Source: an uncultured Gemmatimonadales bacterium (GTDB lineage: Bacteria > Gemmatimonadota > Gemmatimonadetes > Longimicrobiales > Gaopeijiaceae). From it: a DNA stretch of 64,000 bases. The stretch is from positions 512,001 through 576,000 of the forward strand of contig CAWELD010000010.1 of the NCBI GenBank assembly GCA_963809895.1, written 5' to 3'. The notes under the pieces are model-generated. The model did no database searches and was not told where the DNA came from. It saw nothing but the letters and a program-made list of their open reading frames with translations. Both the position numbers and the translations under genes were made by a program. The first letter of the stretch is position 1. The number at the start of each line of letters is the position of its first letter. This document shows, piece after piece, positions 1-9,145 of this stretch.

Positions 1-1
1 G

Positions 2-1238
2 ATCCAGGGTGCGGCGGGCTCCAGGCCTACGTTCATCCACGGACGTTCAGGTCGGCCTCGCCGCGGCGCCTCCGTCGGGCACGCTGACGCTCCGGAATCT
101 CCGGTTCGAGACCGCCTGGAACTTCGGCTCCGACAACCCGCACGGGTCCGCCCTCGTGGTCGGATTCGTCGACGGGACGAGGATGTCCTATGACCAGGTG
201 GTGATCGAAGACGTGGATCTGGATGTGCCGGACGGGCCTTCCGGGGGGCACCCGGGATCCGGGGCGTGGATCTTTCCGAGCCCAACGAACGGCGCTCACG
301 TCACGCTCCGGAACGTGACCGAGAGCGGTGGAACGTACGCTCTGTATGTCTTTGCCCCGGGCCCCGCGACCCGAGGCGCGTCGGTGCGCGTCGAAAGCTC
401 GTCGTTCTGGAACCCGGGACGTCCCGGCATCGTGGTCTTGGATGCATCGGGAAATTCCGCCCAGGGGGCCATCAACGACGTCGACATCGACAACGTCACC
501 GTGACAGCGGACCTCGGCGTCTTCGCCACGCGAAATAGTAGTGGCGTGGGGGGGCGTGTCGACGTCACGAACTCGACGTTCAGCGGCGGCGCGCTCTGGT
601 ATCAGAGCGGCGCGACGGGGCTCATCCAGGGCAACACGATAGACTGCGGCCATGCCGCCGCCTGCATCCGTGTCCGATCCGGCGCAAACACCAGCGCCCC
701 GGAGCCGTTGCGCGTGATCGGAAACCATCTCGTCGGCGCAACCCGGGACGCGCTGTGGCTCACGGAGCTGGACGCAGGGCCGTTCGAGATCCGCGACAAC
801 CAGCTCGACGGAAGCTGGGCGGGAGGGGACCGGACCGACCCCTTCAGCTATTCGTTCAGAGGCAGCGGCATCCGTGTGGAGAACACCCAGACGGCCGGGG
901 TCGTGACCGGCAATCTCATCACGGGAGCCTATCAGGCGATCTCCGTGGACGGTGGCTCGGCCGGTGTCTCGGCCCAGGACAATACCATCGCGACGGTCTG
1001 GTCGGGCGTGAGCGTGGCGTACGGCGGACAGCTGTCCGTGCACAGCAGTGACATCACCGACTACCTGGTGCCCATCGGAACGGACGGTGCGTTCGCCACG
1101 GGTGACCTCACCTGCAACTGGTGGGGAGACGCGGGCGGTCCGATAGACGTCGATCCGGGAATCGCCACGGGTGTCTTCACGCCGTGGGCGATCGCCTCGG
1201 TGGCGGGTACCGGCACCACGAGTTGCAGTGGCGGTTGA
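2..1238 (+). CDS. Right-handed parallel beta-helix (pectin-lyase-like) secreted protein, 5'-partial
   Basis: Repeating IxGNxI / IRDNxL / VTGNLI beta-helix turns and a C-terminal NWWGDxxGP motif. Runs in from the window edge; possible frameshift near nt 35-45. Confidence 0.7.
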   Translation, partial: SRVRRAPGLRSSTDVQVGLAAAPPSGTLTLRNLRFETAWNFGSDNPHGSALVVGFVDGTRMSYDQVVIEDVDLDVPDGPSGGHPGSGAWIFPSPTNGAHVTLRNVTESGGTYALYVFAPGPATRGASVRVESSSFWNPGRPGIVVLDASGNSAQGAINDVDIDNVTVTADLGVFATRNSSGVGGRVDVTNSTFSGGALWYQSGATGLIQGNTIDCGHAAACIRVRSGANTSAPEPLRVIGNHLVGATRDALWLTELDAGPFEIRDNQLDGSWAGGDRTDPFSYSFRGSGIRVENTQTAGVVTGNLITGAYQAISVDGGSAGVSAQDNTIATVWSGVSVAYGGQLSVHSSDITDYLVPIGTDGAFATGDLTCNWWGDAGGPIDVDPGIATGVFTPWAIASVAGTGTTSCSGG

Positions 1239-1403
1239 GCCGGCGCTGCAGGCATGAAGCGGTCGGTGGGATCGCGGTGCGTGACGTCCGACGGGCGGAC
1301 GGATCGCGCCGCGATCCCGCGGCCACCGGGATGGGGTGGCTGTCCAAGCGCACCGAAGGGCCTCGGTTGCGGATTTGGTGTTCACGAGGCTATTCGTGCC
1401 ACC

Positions 1404-2549
1404 ATGAAGAAGACGCTCGTCGCCTTTGTCGTGGCCATCTGGGCGCTGCCGGCGTCTGCGCAGCAGATGCCCGGGACCCTGCAATCACTCGACACGATCT
1501 ATCGGTTGGATGGCGAGGAGCTGGTGCTCGAAGCCGTGCCCACGGTGCTGCCGCTCCCGGATGGCTCCATGGTGCTGCCGCAACGAGACGCGGCCGAGCT
1601 GCGACGCTTCCTTCCCACTGGTCAGGAGCTGCTGCCGGCGCTGGGCGGAAAGGGGGCCGGGCCGGGCGAGTACGACCTCATCAACACCCTGGGGTGGAAG
1701 GGCGACTCGCTGTGGGTGTTCGACGGGCGCCAGAACCGCTTCACGCTCTATCCCGATTACGGCAGCGGCGAGCCCAACACCTACATGGGCGTGCATGCAG
1801 ACTCTCCTCCGGGCGGCGTCCTTCCCAATTCACCCCTGGTGCTTCCGATCGCGCTCCGACCGGACGGTGCCGTGCTCGGGCTCCTGGTGGGGCCTTCCTG
1901 GCCCACGGGCGACCAGGGTGAGGGCCAGACCATCGCATTGGTCGGTCCCGATCAGAAGACGCAGAGGGTCGTGGCGCGACTTGTCACGACGGCGGATGCC
2001 GAGAGAGACGGCAGCTCCACCTACGTGTTCCTGGATCCATTCGCCCATCAGCCGGTCCGAGCCGTGTCGGCCGATGGCGGATGGTTCGCGTTGGTCCAGT
2101 CACGAGCGCCGCGGCTGGATGGCCTCTTTCCCCAATCGATCCTCATGTTCGATGCCCAGGGGGATACTGCCTGGACGACCGAGATTATGGTGCGCGGAGC
2201 CGCGATTTCGGAGCACGCCAGACGGGAGCTCGTTGGGCAGGTGGCCGAGTTGTACCCGCAGGGCGTGCGCGGGCGGTATCTGAAGTGGATGGAGGGTGAA
2301 GACCGGGCGACGTTCTATCCGCCGGTTCGTGCGGCAGCCCTCGACATCGACGGCTCGCTCTGGCTCCAGCTCCGCGTGTCCGAGGAGAGCACGCAGGTTG
2401 TGCGAATCGGACCGGACGGTCGCCGGCCTTCCAGTGTTCCCGTGCCCGCCAACTCGATCCTCCGGGCGGTCCTGGGCCGACGCCTCTGGTTCGTGACCAG
2501 CGACGAGTTCGACGTCGAGAGCGTGGTGGCGGTGCGGGTCGGGGGGTGA
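1404..2549 (+). CDS. Secreted 6-bladed beta-propeller protein (TolB-like/NHL type) #1
   Basis: Sec signal MKKTLVAFVVAIWALPASA; LGGKGAGPGEY motif; DSLWVFD; C-terminal DEFDVESV. Confidence 0.75.
   Translation: MKKTLVAFVVAIWALPASAQQMPGTLQSLDTIYRLDGEELVLEAVPTVLPLPDGSMVLPQRDAAELRRFLPTGQELLPALGGKGAGPGEYDLINTLGWKGDSLWVFDGRQNRFTLYPDYGSGEPNTYMGVHADSPPGGVLPNSPLVLPIALRPDGAVLGLLVGPSWPTGDQGEGQTIALVGPDQKTQRVVARLVTTADAERDGSSTYVFLDPFAHQPVRAVSADGGWFALVQSRAPRLDGLFPQSILMFDAQGDTAWTTEIMVRGAAISEHARRELVGQVAELYPQGVRGRYLKWMEGEDRATFYPPVRAAALDIDGSLWLQLRVSEESTQVVRIGPDGRRPSSVPVPANSILRAVLGRRLWFVTSDEFDVESVVAVRVGG
1521..1610 (+). repeat. 90-bp repeat, copy A (inside propeller gene #1)
   Basis: ctggtgctcgaagcc...gagctgcgacgcttc recurs at 6675-6764 and 11136-11225. 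Confidence 0.95.
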
Positions 2550-2592
2550 CGATTCGCCGGGGACAGGCTCGAGCGACGCCCCCGCGGTTCCC

Positions 2593-2976
2593 CTATCCGC
2601 CGAAGGCCGCGGCCAGACCCCGATCGAAGGTGCGGATGCGTTCGATGTCGCGGCGTCGGCAGCAGGCGAGGTGAAGGAGGTCCCGGGCCGTGAGCCCGGG
2701 GTTCGCGCCCACGAGCGAGCGGGCCAGATCCACGTCTTCCCAATCCACGGACCAGATCTCGCCCACCTGGGTGCGCGCCAGCGTGAGCGCGGCATCCAGC
2801 GTCTCCATCCGGTTCAGCGGCAGGTAGGCGTGCCGCAGCTCCTGGAGCACCTCCGCGGAGGTGACCAGCGTTTCAGCTGAAACGCGCTCCCGCAGGAAGA
2901 ACGCCCGCGCCTCTTCCTTCAAGGGATGCTCCCGACCCACGGCGTACATGAAGACGTTGGTGTCGACGAAGATCAT
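2593..2976 (-). CDS. vapC: VapC PIN-domain toxin, orphan copy 1
   Basis: MIFVDTNVFMY...EVLQE...RDLLH...TFD PIN motifs; near-identical to 14412-14795. Confidence 0.85.
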   Translation of the reverse strand: MIFVDTNVFMYAVGREHPLKEEARAFFLRERVSAETLVTSAEVLQELRHAYLPLNRMETLDAALTLARTQVGEIWSVDWEDVDLARSLVGANPGLTARDLLHLACCRRRDIERIRTFDRGLAAAFGG

Positions 2977-3075
2977 GTCCCGCTTCCGCCGGAGCGCTGG
3001 GAGTCGCCGATGAGCCGCTTGTGCTGGTCCCAATCCGGTTCCCGGCCGTCGCACTCGTCGGGATTTGCGACAAGA
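2973..3075 (-). pseudogene. Deleted remnant of the antitoxin gene
   Basis: Matches the 3' end of 14792-15067 with a 12-nt deletion, then jumps to gggatttgcgacaaga, which lies upstream of the intact copy at about 15122-15137. Confidence 0.85.
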
Positions 3076-3156
3076 TCCTACGATCGGAGATGCTTGACTT
3101 TCTGATAGACTGCGACGCATGATAGAAGCCCCCCCCAAGGGACAGGGAGGAGAGAC

Positions 3157-3512
3157 GTGAGAGGGAATCGTGGGAGGCGGCTCGGATCCGCCACGAGCGC
3201 AGCACTGGCGCTGATGATGCTGGCTGGGTGTCAGGACGATCTGGCACTGGGTGCCAGGGTTCGCTGGCGTGTTTCTCGACCAAGATGGAAACGCTGTAGT
3301 GAGCCTCGCCCGGCCGGGCGCCGAAGCGGCTGCCACGGCATGGGTCCACGGGAGGGGACCGGAGCACGCACAACGTCCTGTGCGCTTCAGGTCGGTGGAG
3401 TTCTCGTTCGACCAGTTGAGTGACTGGCGTGATGAGGTGATGGCTCAGGCCGGGCCTGATGCGGTCCTCTTCGATGTCGACGAACTGAGGAACGGGGTGA
3501 CCATCGGCGTCA
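3157..3512 (+). pseudogene. Broken lipoprotein gene, probably the pro-region of a secreted serine protease
   Basis: Lipobox LAGC in one frame, followed in another frame by PGFAGVFLD...FSFDQLSDWRD...DVDELRNGVTIGV; no catalytic domain follows. Confidence 0.45.
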
Positions 3513-3582
3513 CCACCTTGCTTGGGACGATTTTCGCAGTATATACTCAAGATAGCGTATTGCCTCGATGATTGGGGGAAGC

Positions 3583-4410
3583 ATGTGGCATTCAGCGGTT
3601 CCCGTGCTCGTGCGTTCGGACCGGCTCAGGCAACGGCTTGTCCAGTTCTCCTGGCCAGCGGAAGTCGAGCTTCTCGTGTTCTCTGAGACCGCCGATCTGG
3701 CCAATCTCCCGGAGCCGTGCGGGGTCTTCTTGGTCGAGGACCAGGTTCTTCGCGAGTCGTCGATTCGTTCCGCGCTCGCTGCGTGCCTTCTCCGGGCCCG
3801 GACCTTGCGATGTATCTTGGTGCTCTCGACCTCGACCAGACCACTCTTCCTGCGGTCCCTCGCTGGCCGCGGCAGAGTCGCGGGGGTGCCTCCAGACGCG
3901 AAGACACTCCCGGAGCGGGTGATGCGAATGAAGTTACAATCATGGCGAGATCGCATGGTCTCCCGGATTCGGGCGGCACGCTACCCGCCCTTTCTCCTCC
4001 GGGAGGCCCTCGTTCTCTTGCTTCGGCAGGGTGTCTCAGAGGACTTTGGGCACCGCCTCCGCACCGTTACGGCGGTCGCCGAGAGACTCGGCGTCCGACG
4101 CGAGACACTGTCCCGTTTGAGCAGCGCGCATCGAATTCAAATACCGGACTTCGCAGACGCATGCCTGATCGTGGGGGTTCTCTCCGAGGCGGCCATTGCC
4201 AAGACCCCGTGGGTGGAGCTGTCGATTCGCCTGGGCTACGCTTGGCAGTCTGGCCTGGTCGAACTTGTGAAGCGTGGCCTCGGCGTTGCACCTGGCGAGG
4301 CTAAGCATGTTTGGCTTGGAAACCTCGCGCGCTGGTGGGAAACCACAGCGCTTGTCCCCGCTCTCCAGTCGACATCGATGAGGAACACGGACCTTGATCA
4401 CACCGGCTGA
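3583..4410 (+). CDS. AraC-like double-HTH transcriptional regulator
   Basis: TVTAVAERLGVRRETLSR and WVELSIRLGY...VKRGLGVAP resemble the two AraC HTHs. Confidence 0.6.
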   Translation: MWHSAVPVLVRSDRLRQRLVQFSWPAEVELLVFSETADLANLPEPCGVFLVEDQVLRESSIRSALAACLLRARTLRCILVLSTSTRPLFLRSLAGRGRVAGVPPDAKTLPERVMRMKLQSWRDRMVSRIRAARYPPFLLREALVLLLRQGVSEDFGHRLRTVTAVAERLGVRRETLSRLSSAHRIQIPDFADACLIVGVLSEAAIAKTPWVELSIRLGYAWQSGLVELVKRGLGVAPGEAKHVWLGNLARWWETTALVPALQSTSMRNTDLDHTG

Positions 4411-4527
4411 AGACCGCGCACGCGGAGCGTAACGCGGCTGCCACGTTCGGCGCACTCTTGAGGGGCCCAAGGAGCGCGCTACGTCGAAAGCTGCCCTCCG
4501 ATCTTTCACTGACACTGGGAGGTGCCC

Positions 4528-4809
4528 ATGTTTGCACGCCTGCGATTGACGCTGGCGCTTGGTTCTGTCGTGCTCGCGATGTACATGTTGATTGGTGCGA
4601 GTCCCGCGAGTGCGATCACCTTCACTAGCTTGGCGGAATGCACAGCGCACCCCTCCCAAAACACCTGCTGCCAGTGCGCAGGGGTCGGACCCAACCCTGA
4701 ATCTGGTTCAAAATTCTGCTATCAGAGTGACCCCGGTCAAGGCGGGACTGATTGGTGTAACGACGAGGTCTGTCCATACGAGGACCCACCCTGCGGTATC
4801 GTCGAGTGA
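4528..4809 (+). CDS. Small secreted Cys-rich protein A (93 aa, 8 Cys)
   Basis: RBS gggagg upstream; signal peptide ending ASPASA; mature part has 8 Cys; stop overlaps the next start (TGATG). Confidence 0.75.
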   Translation: MFARLRLTLALGSVVLAMYMLIGASPASAITFTSLAECTAHPSQNTCCQCAGVGPNPESGSKFCYQSDPGQGGTDWCNDEVCPYEDPPCGIVE

Positions 4810-6017
4810 TGTCGGCTCGGAACGGGGCACGGGAGTACGTCCCGTGCCCCGTTCATGCGAAGAGGTTCGCTAGTCGTCCGGCTGCATCGCAGTCCGGATT
4901 CCACCTTGCGGAGATCCTCTCGATCCTCGCCATTTTGATCTCGGTGGCTGGCTGCCAACCCGATCACTCACCCCTTTTTTTCGGGGGCGAGGAACCCCGC
5001 GACCTTGGCGCGGCGCTCCAAGGTGCCCCGTCCGTGAAATCGTGGGACCTCGTGGAGCAATGGGGCGCCCTAGATGGCCCACAAGCGTTCTCCGTGATCA
5101 ACGATGTCGCGGTCTCAAGAGACTCGGTTCTGGCAGTCGCTGACCGTTACACGTGCAGGGTGATCCTGATTGACATTCCGACTGACTCCACTTGGTCCAT
5201 CGGCGGCTGCGGCCGGGGCCCGGGCGAGTTCCAAGACATCAACGCCTTGGCGTTTCAGGGGAGCACCCGCTTGTGGCTGTCCGACCGAGGGCAAGGAAAG
5301 GTCGCTCTCGTCAATCTACGGACGGGAACGGTAGAGAAGGAGCGTCCACTGGATGCAATACTCCCAGGCCTAGGTGCGATAGCCGCACGCGAAATCGTCC
5401 CAATTCGCGGTGACACGGTGCTTCTAGGCTTGAAACTCCTTCCATCTCAGACCCGTGGGAGACTGCTCGTCGCCAAAGTCGACTTCGAGACAGAGACCCT
5501 CTTGAGACGATTCGTCGCTGATCCCGCGATGTCGGTTGACACCAGATGGTCGTGGGGCCCGAGCGTCCACATTTGCGGCTCACGAGATTTTTGGGCGGTT
5601 GCCAATGAGTGGACTTCGCAGGTGCAGGTCTACTCCATCGCCACGGGCCAGCTCCTGTCGAATGTAAACCTCCCGACTACTTGGTGGATCCCTGTCGACG
5701 ATGGAGCAGAGCCGAACAGTCTTATCGCTCCATCCCAGGATCCGAGAATACTGTGCACGGAGAGCTCGATAGCCATCAACCACAAGGAGTGGCTTGTGAT
5801 TGACCGTCGCCTCACGATTCCTCACTCACGACTGGTTCTGATGGACCCTAGCGGGACAATCAGGCTCGTCGACGAGGCGGAGGCCCCCACGCACGGCTCG
5901 CCTCACACACTAACCCTGGGTGCGATTTTGGGAGATCTACTCTTCGGATATACCACCAGCCTCTTCGACTACCCCATAGTGCGCGCATACCGTCTGCAGG
6001 AGCTTGAAGATGAGTAA
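4809..6017 (+). CDS. 6-bladed beta-propeller (lipo)protein #2
   Basis: Lipobox-like ISVAGC; IGGCGRGPGEFQDINAL motif; C-terminal YPIVRAYRL. Exact start uncertain. Confidence 0.7.
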   Translation: MSARNGAREYVPCPVHAKRFASRPAASQSGFHLAEILSILAILISVAGCQPDHSPLFFGGEEPRDLGAALQGAPSVKSWDLVEQWGALDGPQAFSVINDVAVSRDSVLAVADRYTCRVILIDIPTDSTWSIGGCGRGPGEFQDINALAFQGSTRLWLSDRGQGKVALVNLRTGTVEKERPLDAILPGLGAIAAREIVPIRGDTVLLGLKLLPSQTRGRLLVAKVDFETETLLRRFVADPAMSVDTRWSWGPSVHICGSRDFWAVANEWTSQVQVYSIATGQLLSNVNLPTTWWIPVDDGAEPNSLIAPSQDPRILCTESSIAINHKEWLVIDRRLTIPHSRLVLMDPSGTIRLVDEAEAPTHGSPHTLTLGAILGDLLFGYTTSLFDYPIVRAYRLQELEDE

Positions 6018-6666
6018 GCAGTCTAGGGTGAGGCGAGCGGCACTCGAATGGTCGCTGGTTTTGCTCATCGTCTGTCTAACGCTAGCGCTGTACATGGAAC
6101 GTCGGGATGCGGGCACTTTGGTGGCGTCCGCAGAACGGATCGTTAAGGAGCGAGATAAGGCGAACACGGAGCTTGAGCACCTGTCATATTTCTTCCGGTC
6201 CCAGGCCGCCCACATCGGTTCGCCCTTCGCCAGGGGCATCGACGTGGTTGGCGATACCGCGATCCAGTTCGTCCGGCCCCACGATGGCCTCTACTATGCG
6301 ATGCAGACGTCCTGCCCCGCTTGTTCACGGAATTTTCCATTCATCGAGCGGCTCCGGCGAGAATCGCCAGAGACCTTCGGCGTGTTCATCTTGTCCTTCA
6401 CTGATTCCGCCTCAGTGTTGCGCGAATATGCTCTCGAGCAACGCCTAGCTTCACCCGTCCTAGCGCAGCTTGCTGGAGGCATAACTGAGCTATTCCCCGG
6501 ATATGGAACGCCATTCGCCATCGCGGTGTTGGACGGGTGCATCGTCCTGACGGCGGCCGGCGAGTTCAGTCCGTCGGAACAGAGAGAGTTCGAGATTCTA
6601 GCGCGAGAACGACCCGTCCGTCGTTCAGAGCCCCCGACGAGAATGAAACCTGTGAGCGCATGCTAA
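6010..6666 (+). CDS. Membrane-anchored thioredoxin-fold protein (TlpA/redoxin-like)
   Basis: N-terminal TM helix; TSCPAC CxxC motif; GTPF cis-Pro loop; overlaps the upstream stop. Confidence 0.7.
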   Translation: MSKQSRVRRAALEWSLVLLIVCLTLALYMERRDAGTLVASAERIVKERDKANTELEHLSYFFRSQAAHIGSPFARGIDVVGDTAIQFVRPHDGLYYAMQTSCPACSRNFPFIERLRRESPETFGVFILSFTDSASVLREYALEQRLASPVLAQLAGGITELFPGYGTPFAIAVLDGCIVLTAAGEFSPSEQREFEILARERPVRRSEPPTRMKPVSAC

Positions 6667-6674
6667 CCGGGTAA

Positions 6675-6792
6675 CTGGTGCTCGAAGCCGTGCCCACGGT
6701 CCTGCCGCTCCCGGATGGCTCCATGGTGCTGCCGCAACGAGACGCGGCCGAGCTGCGACGATTCAGGGCGTGCCCCTGGAGGCCGTGGCGTG
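6675..6792 (+). repeat. 90-bp repeat copy B plus 28-bp tail shared with copy C
   Basis: Two synonymous differences from copy A; tail agggcgtgcccctggaggccgtggcgtg also at 11226-11253. Confidence 0.95.
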
Positions 6793-7800
6793 CGGTGTCT
6801 GCCCCTCGTGCACCAACCGGCGCATGGCCGAGGTGGCGGCACACCTCTGCGACCGGGTGATCCCTGCCGTGTCCGTGCGCCAGTGGGTCCTCTCCGTCCC
6901 GAAGCGGCTGCGGCCGCACCTCGCAATCCTCACGGAGCCCGACGCAGCAGATATGCTGGAGTTGCGTGGAACCGGTGGCTTCAGCGTCGACGGCTCCGTG
7001 CGCATCACCGCGCACGACCGGGCCGGGCTCGAGCGATGTCGCCCTCCGCCTCGCTCCGCTCGAGCTGCTCCAGCGGCTCGCCCGCCTGATCCCCCCTCCG
7101 CGACTGCACCGGCACCGCTACCACGGCGTCTTCGCCCCGCACTCCAGCTGGCGCTCGGACGTCGTGCGCTTCGCGAGGGAGACGACGCAGGACCCCGAGC
7201 CCCACGCCCTCCCCTCGCCTCCGGGGGCCACCCCCGCCCCCTGCGCCCACGGCGCTTCACGCGCCCGCTCCCGATGGGCCCGTCTCCTGGCCCGCGTCTA
7301 TGAGGTCGACCCGCTGCGGTGCCCGTCCTGCCATGGGGAGATGCGCGTCGTCTCCTTCCTCACCGACCCACCCGTCGTCCGCCGGATCCTCCGGCACCTC
7401 AACCTCCCCGAACATCCACCGCCCCTCGCACCGGCTCGAGGGCCGCCCCAGCGCGAGCTCCTCGCCGTCGATCCTCCCTCTCCCTGCGATCTCGGCCCTG
7501 CGCCTTCCTCCGGGCGCGACCCCTTCGACCAGAGCCTCCCCGGCGACGACGGCACTTGGTCCGCTTGAGACGGCTGCTGAAGCCTGGGGTGCGGCCGCCG
7601 CCTCGCCGAAGCCCGCCCATCCAGCCATCCAGATGCCGCATTCGCGCATCGCCCGCCTCCAGGGGTGCCCGACGCCCCTACCGGTTCATCCAGACCGCCC
7701 GCCTGCTGCCGTTCTGCCTGACACGAGCGCCTTGCCGACACGAAGCTCACCCCCGTATCCTGCGCCCAGGTGGTCCCACCCCGTTTGAACTTCCTATTCC
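6781..7800 (+). mobile_element. Internally deleted IS91/ISCR-family rolling-circle element
   Basis: Fragments GVCPSCTNRRMAEVAAHL...VRQWVLSVPKRLR, GGFSVDGSVRI..DRAGLER and LELLQRLARLIPPPRLHRHRYHGVFAP...WARLLARVYEVDPLRCPSC across two frames; HUH region missing; oriIS-like end. Confidence 0.85.
7782..7800 (+). other. oriIS-like terminus of the ISCR/IS91 element
   Basis: CGTTTGAACTTCCTATTCC resembles the ISCR oriIS consensus (GTTTGAACTTCCTATAC as recalled). It lies about 215 bp past the transposase stop, where base composition shifts. Confidence 0.75.
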
Positions 7801-7950
7801 TAGCAACGGTCTGATTACGCTGCACGAGGGCCGGCAGAGTGTTCAGGTGCGACGATGCCCCGAGCGGATCGTAGCCGACCTGCCGCTCCGTCCTTCTGTA
7901 TTCTCTGAGGTGGCATCACTCGTCTGAGTTTCCGCGTTCGAGGACTAGCT

Positions 7951-9036
7951 ATGCCAAAGATCTTTGCGTGGTCCGTCGTGCTTGGGCTGCTGCCCATCCA
8001 CACACTCGCTGCCCAACGGGTCGTCGTCGCCGGCCCTGCCCGATGCGATTCGTGTCGCATTACCGTGTCAAGGGAATTGCTCTTCGGAGACGACAGCGGT
8101 TCAGGTATCATTGAAGATCTCGGCTCCTGGGTGCGGCGCGGACCTCACGGAGAATATCTAGTGGTGGCGCGCGCAGGCTCAGCGCAGACCATCGCGGTCT
8201 TCGACTCTCTTGGACGCTTTCGGCAACGCGTCGGTAGGCCCGGACAGGGTCCCCGTGAGTTCCAAGACATTGTTCAAGTCCAAGTGGTTCACGGCACGCA
8301 TATCGCAGTGTTGGACCGGCTGAACATGCGCCTCTCTCTATGGTCAGCACAGTTCGCGCTGGAGGAGACTCATCCCTTGGGTGTCCTCTTGGGAAACGAC
8401 GCCTTCTACCTACCGGACGGATCGTTGATCTCCAATGGCCGCCAACCTACGCCGGCTCTTGTCGGTCGTCCAGCCATCCTGATAGACACAGCGGGGCAAC
8501 CCATAAGGGCGTTCAATGCTCATGGTGACCGGTACGTGGCGACTAATGAGGACCAAAGTCGCCGTCGCCTCGCGCTGAGTGGTGATACCGCCTTTTGGTC
8601 TGCTCATGTCGATCGATACGAGATGCATCTTTGGCGCCCGGGAGGACAGCTGCTGCTCACGTTGGACGGTTCGCTCGACTGGTTTCCGAATGTTGCAGAG
8701 GAACAGATTCCCGGCGAACCCTCACCTCCTCGACTCCTTGATCTGAGGGAAAAGGATGGCGTACTGTGGATGCTCGTAGCGGTAGCGGACAAAGACTGGA
8801 AGGACTCGGTTACTCCCGACGCAAAGAACTCCCGAGGTTATCACATTGTCGATTACCGCGGCTACCGGGATGCCATGCTTCACGCGGTTGATGTCCACTC
8901 GGGCGAGCTGTTGGGAGAGTATCGACTAGACGTCCCCGCATTCAACTTCGTAGATGACGACCACCTCGCGTACGTCGAAGAGGACGCCGACCTAGTTCCC
9001 CGTATGGTCATAGTGGCCTTCCACCTCTTGCGTTGA
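7951..9036 (+). CDS. Secreted 6-bladed beta-propeller protein #3
   Basis: Signal peptide; N-terminal CDSC; VGRPGQGPREFQDI motif; C-terminal DADLVPRMVI. Confidence 0.75.
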   Translation: MPKIFAWSVVLGLLPIHTLAAQRVVVAGPARCDSCRITVSRELLFGDDSGSGIIEDLGSWVRRGPHGEYLVVARAGSAQTIAVFDSLGRFRQRVGRPGQGPREFQDIVQVQVVHGTHIAVLDRLNMRLSLWSAQFALEETHPLGVLLGNDAFYLPDGSLISNGRQPTPALVGRPAILIDTAGQPIRAFNAHGDRYVATNEDQSRRRLALSGDTAFWSAHVDRYEMHLWRPGGQLLLTLDGSLDWFPNVAEEQIPGEPSPPRLLDLREKDGVLWMLVAVADKDWKDSVTPDAKNSRGYHIVDYRGYRDAMLHAVDVHSGELLGEYRLDVPAFNFVDDDHLAYVEEDADLVPRMVIVAFHLLR

Positions 9037-9145
9037 CTGCCTCTTGGACTCTATTAGACGAGGAGCGCGCACCCTACCCGGCTCACTTCATACTTTGTAC
9101 CTAGGGGGGAGGGGCTGTTAATATTCATTCAACGAAGAGGGACCT

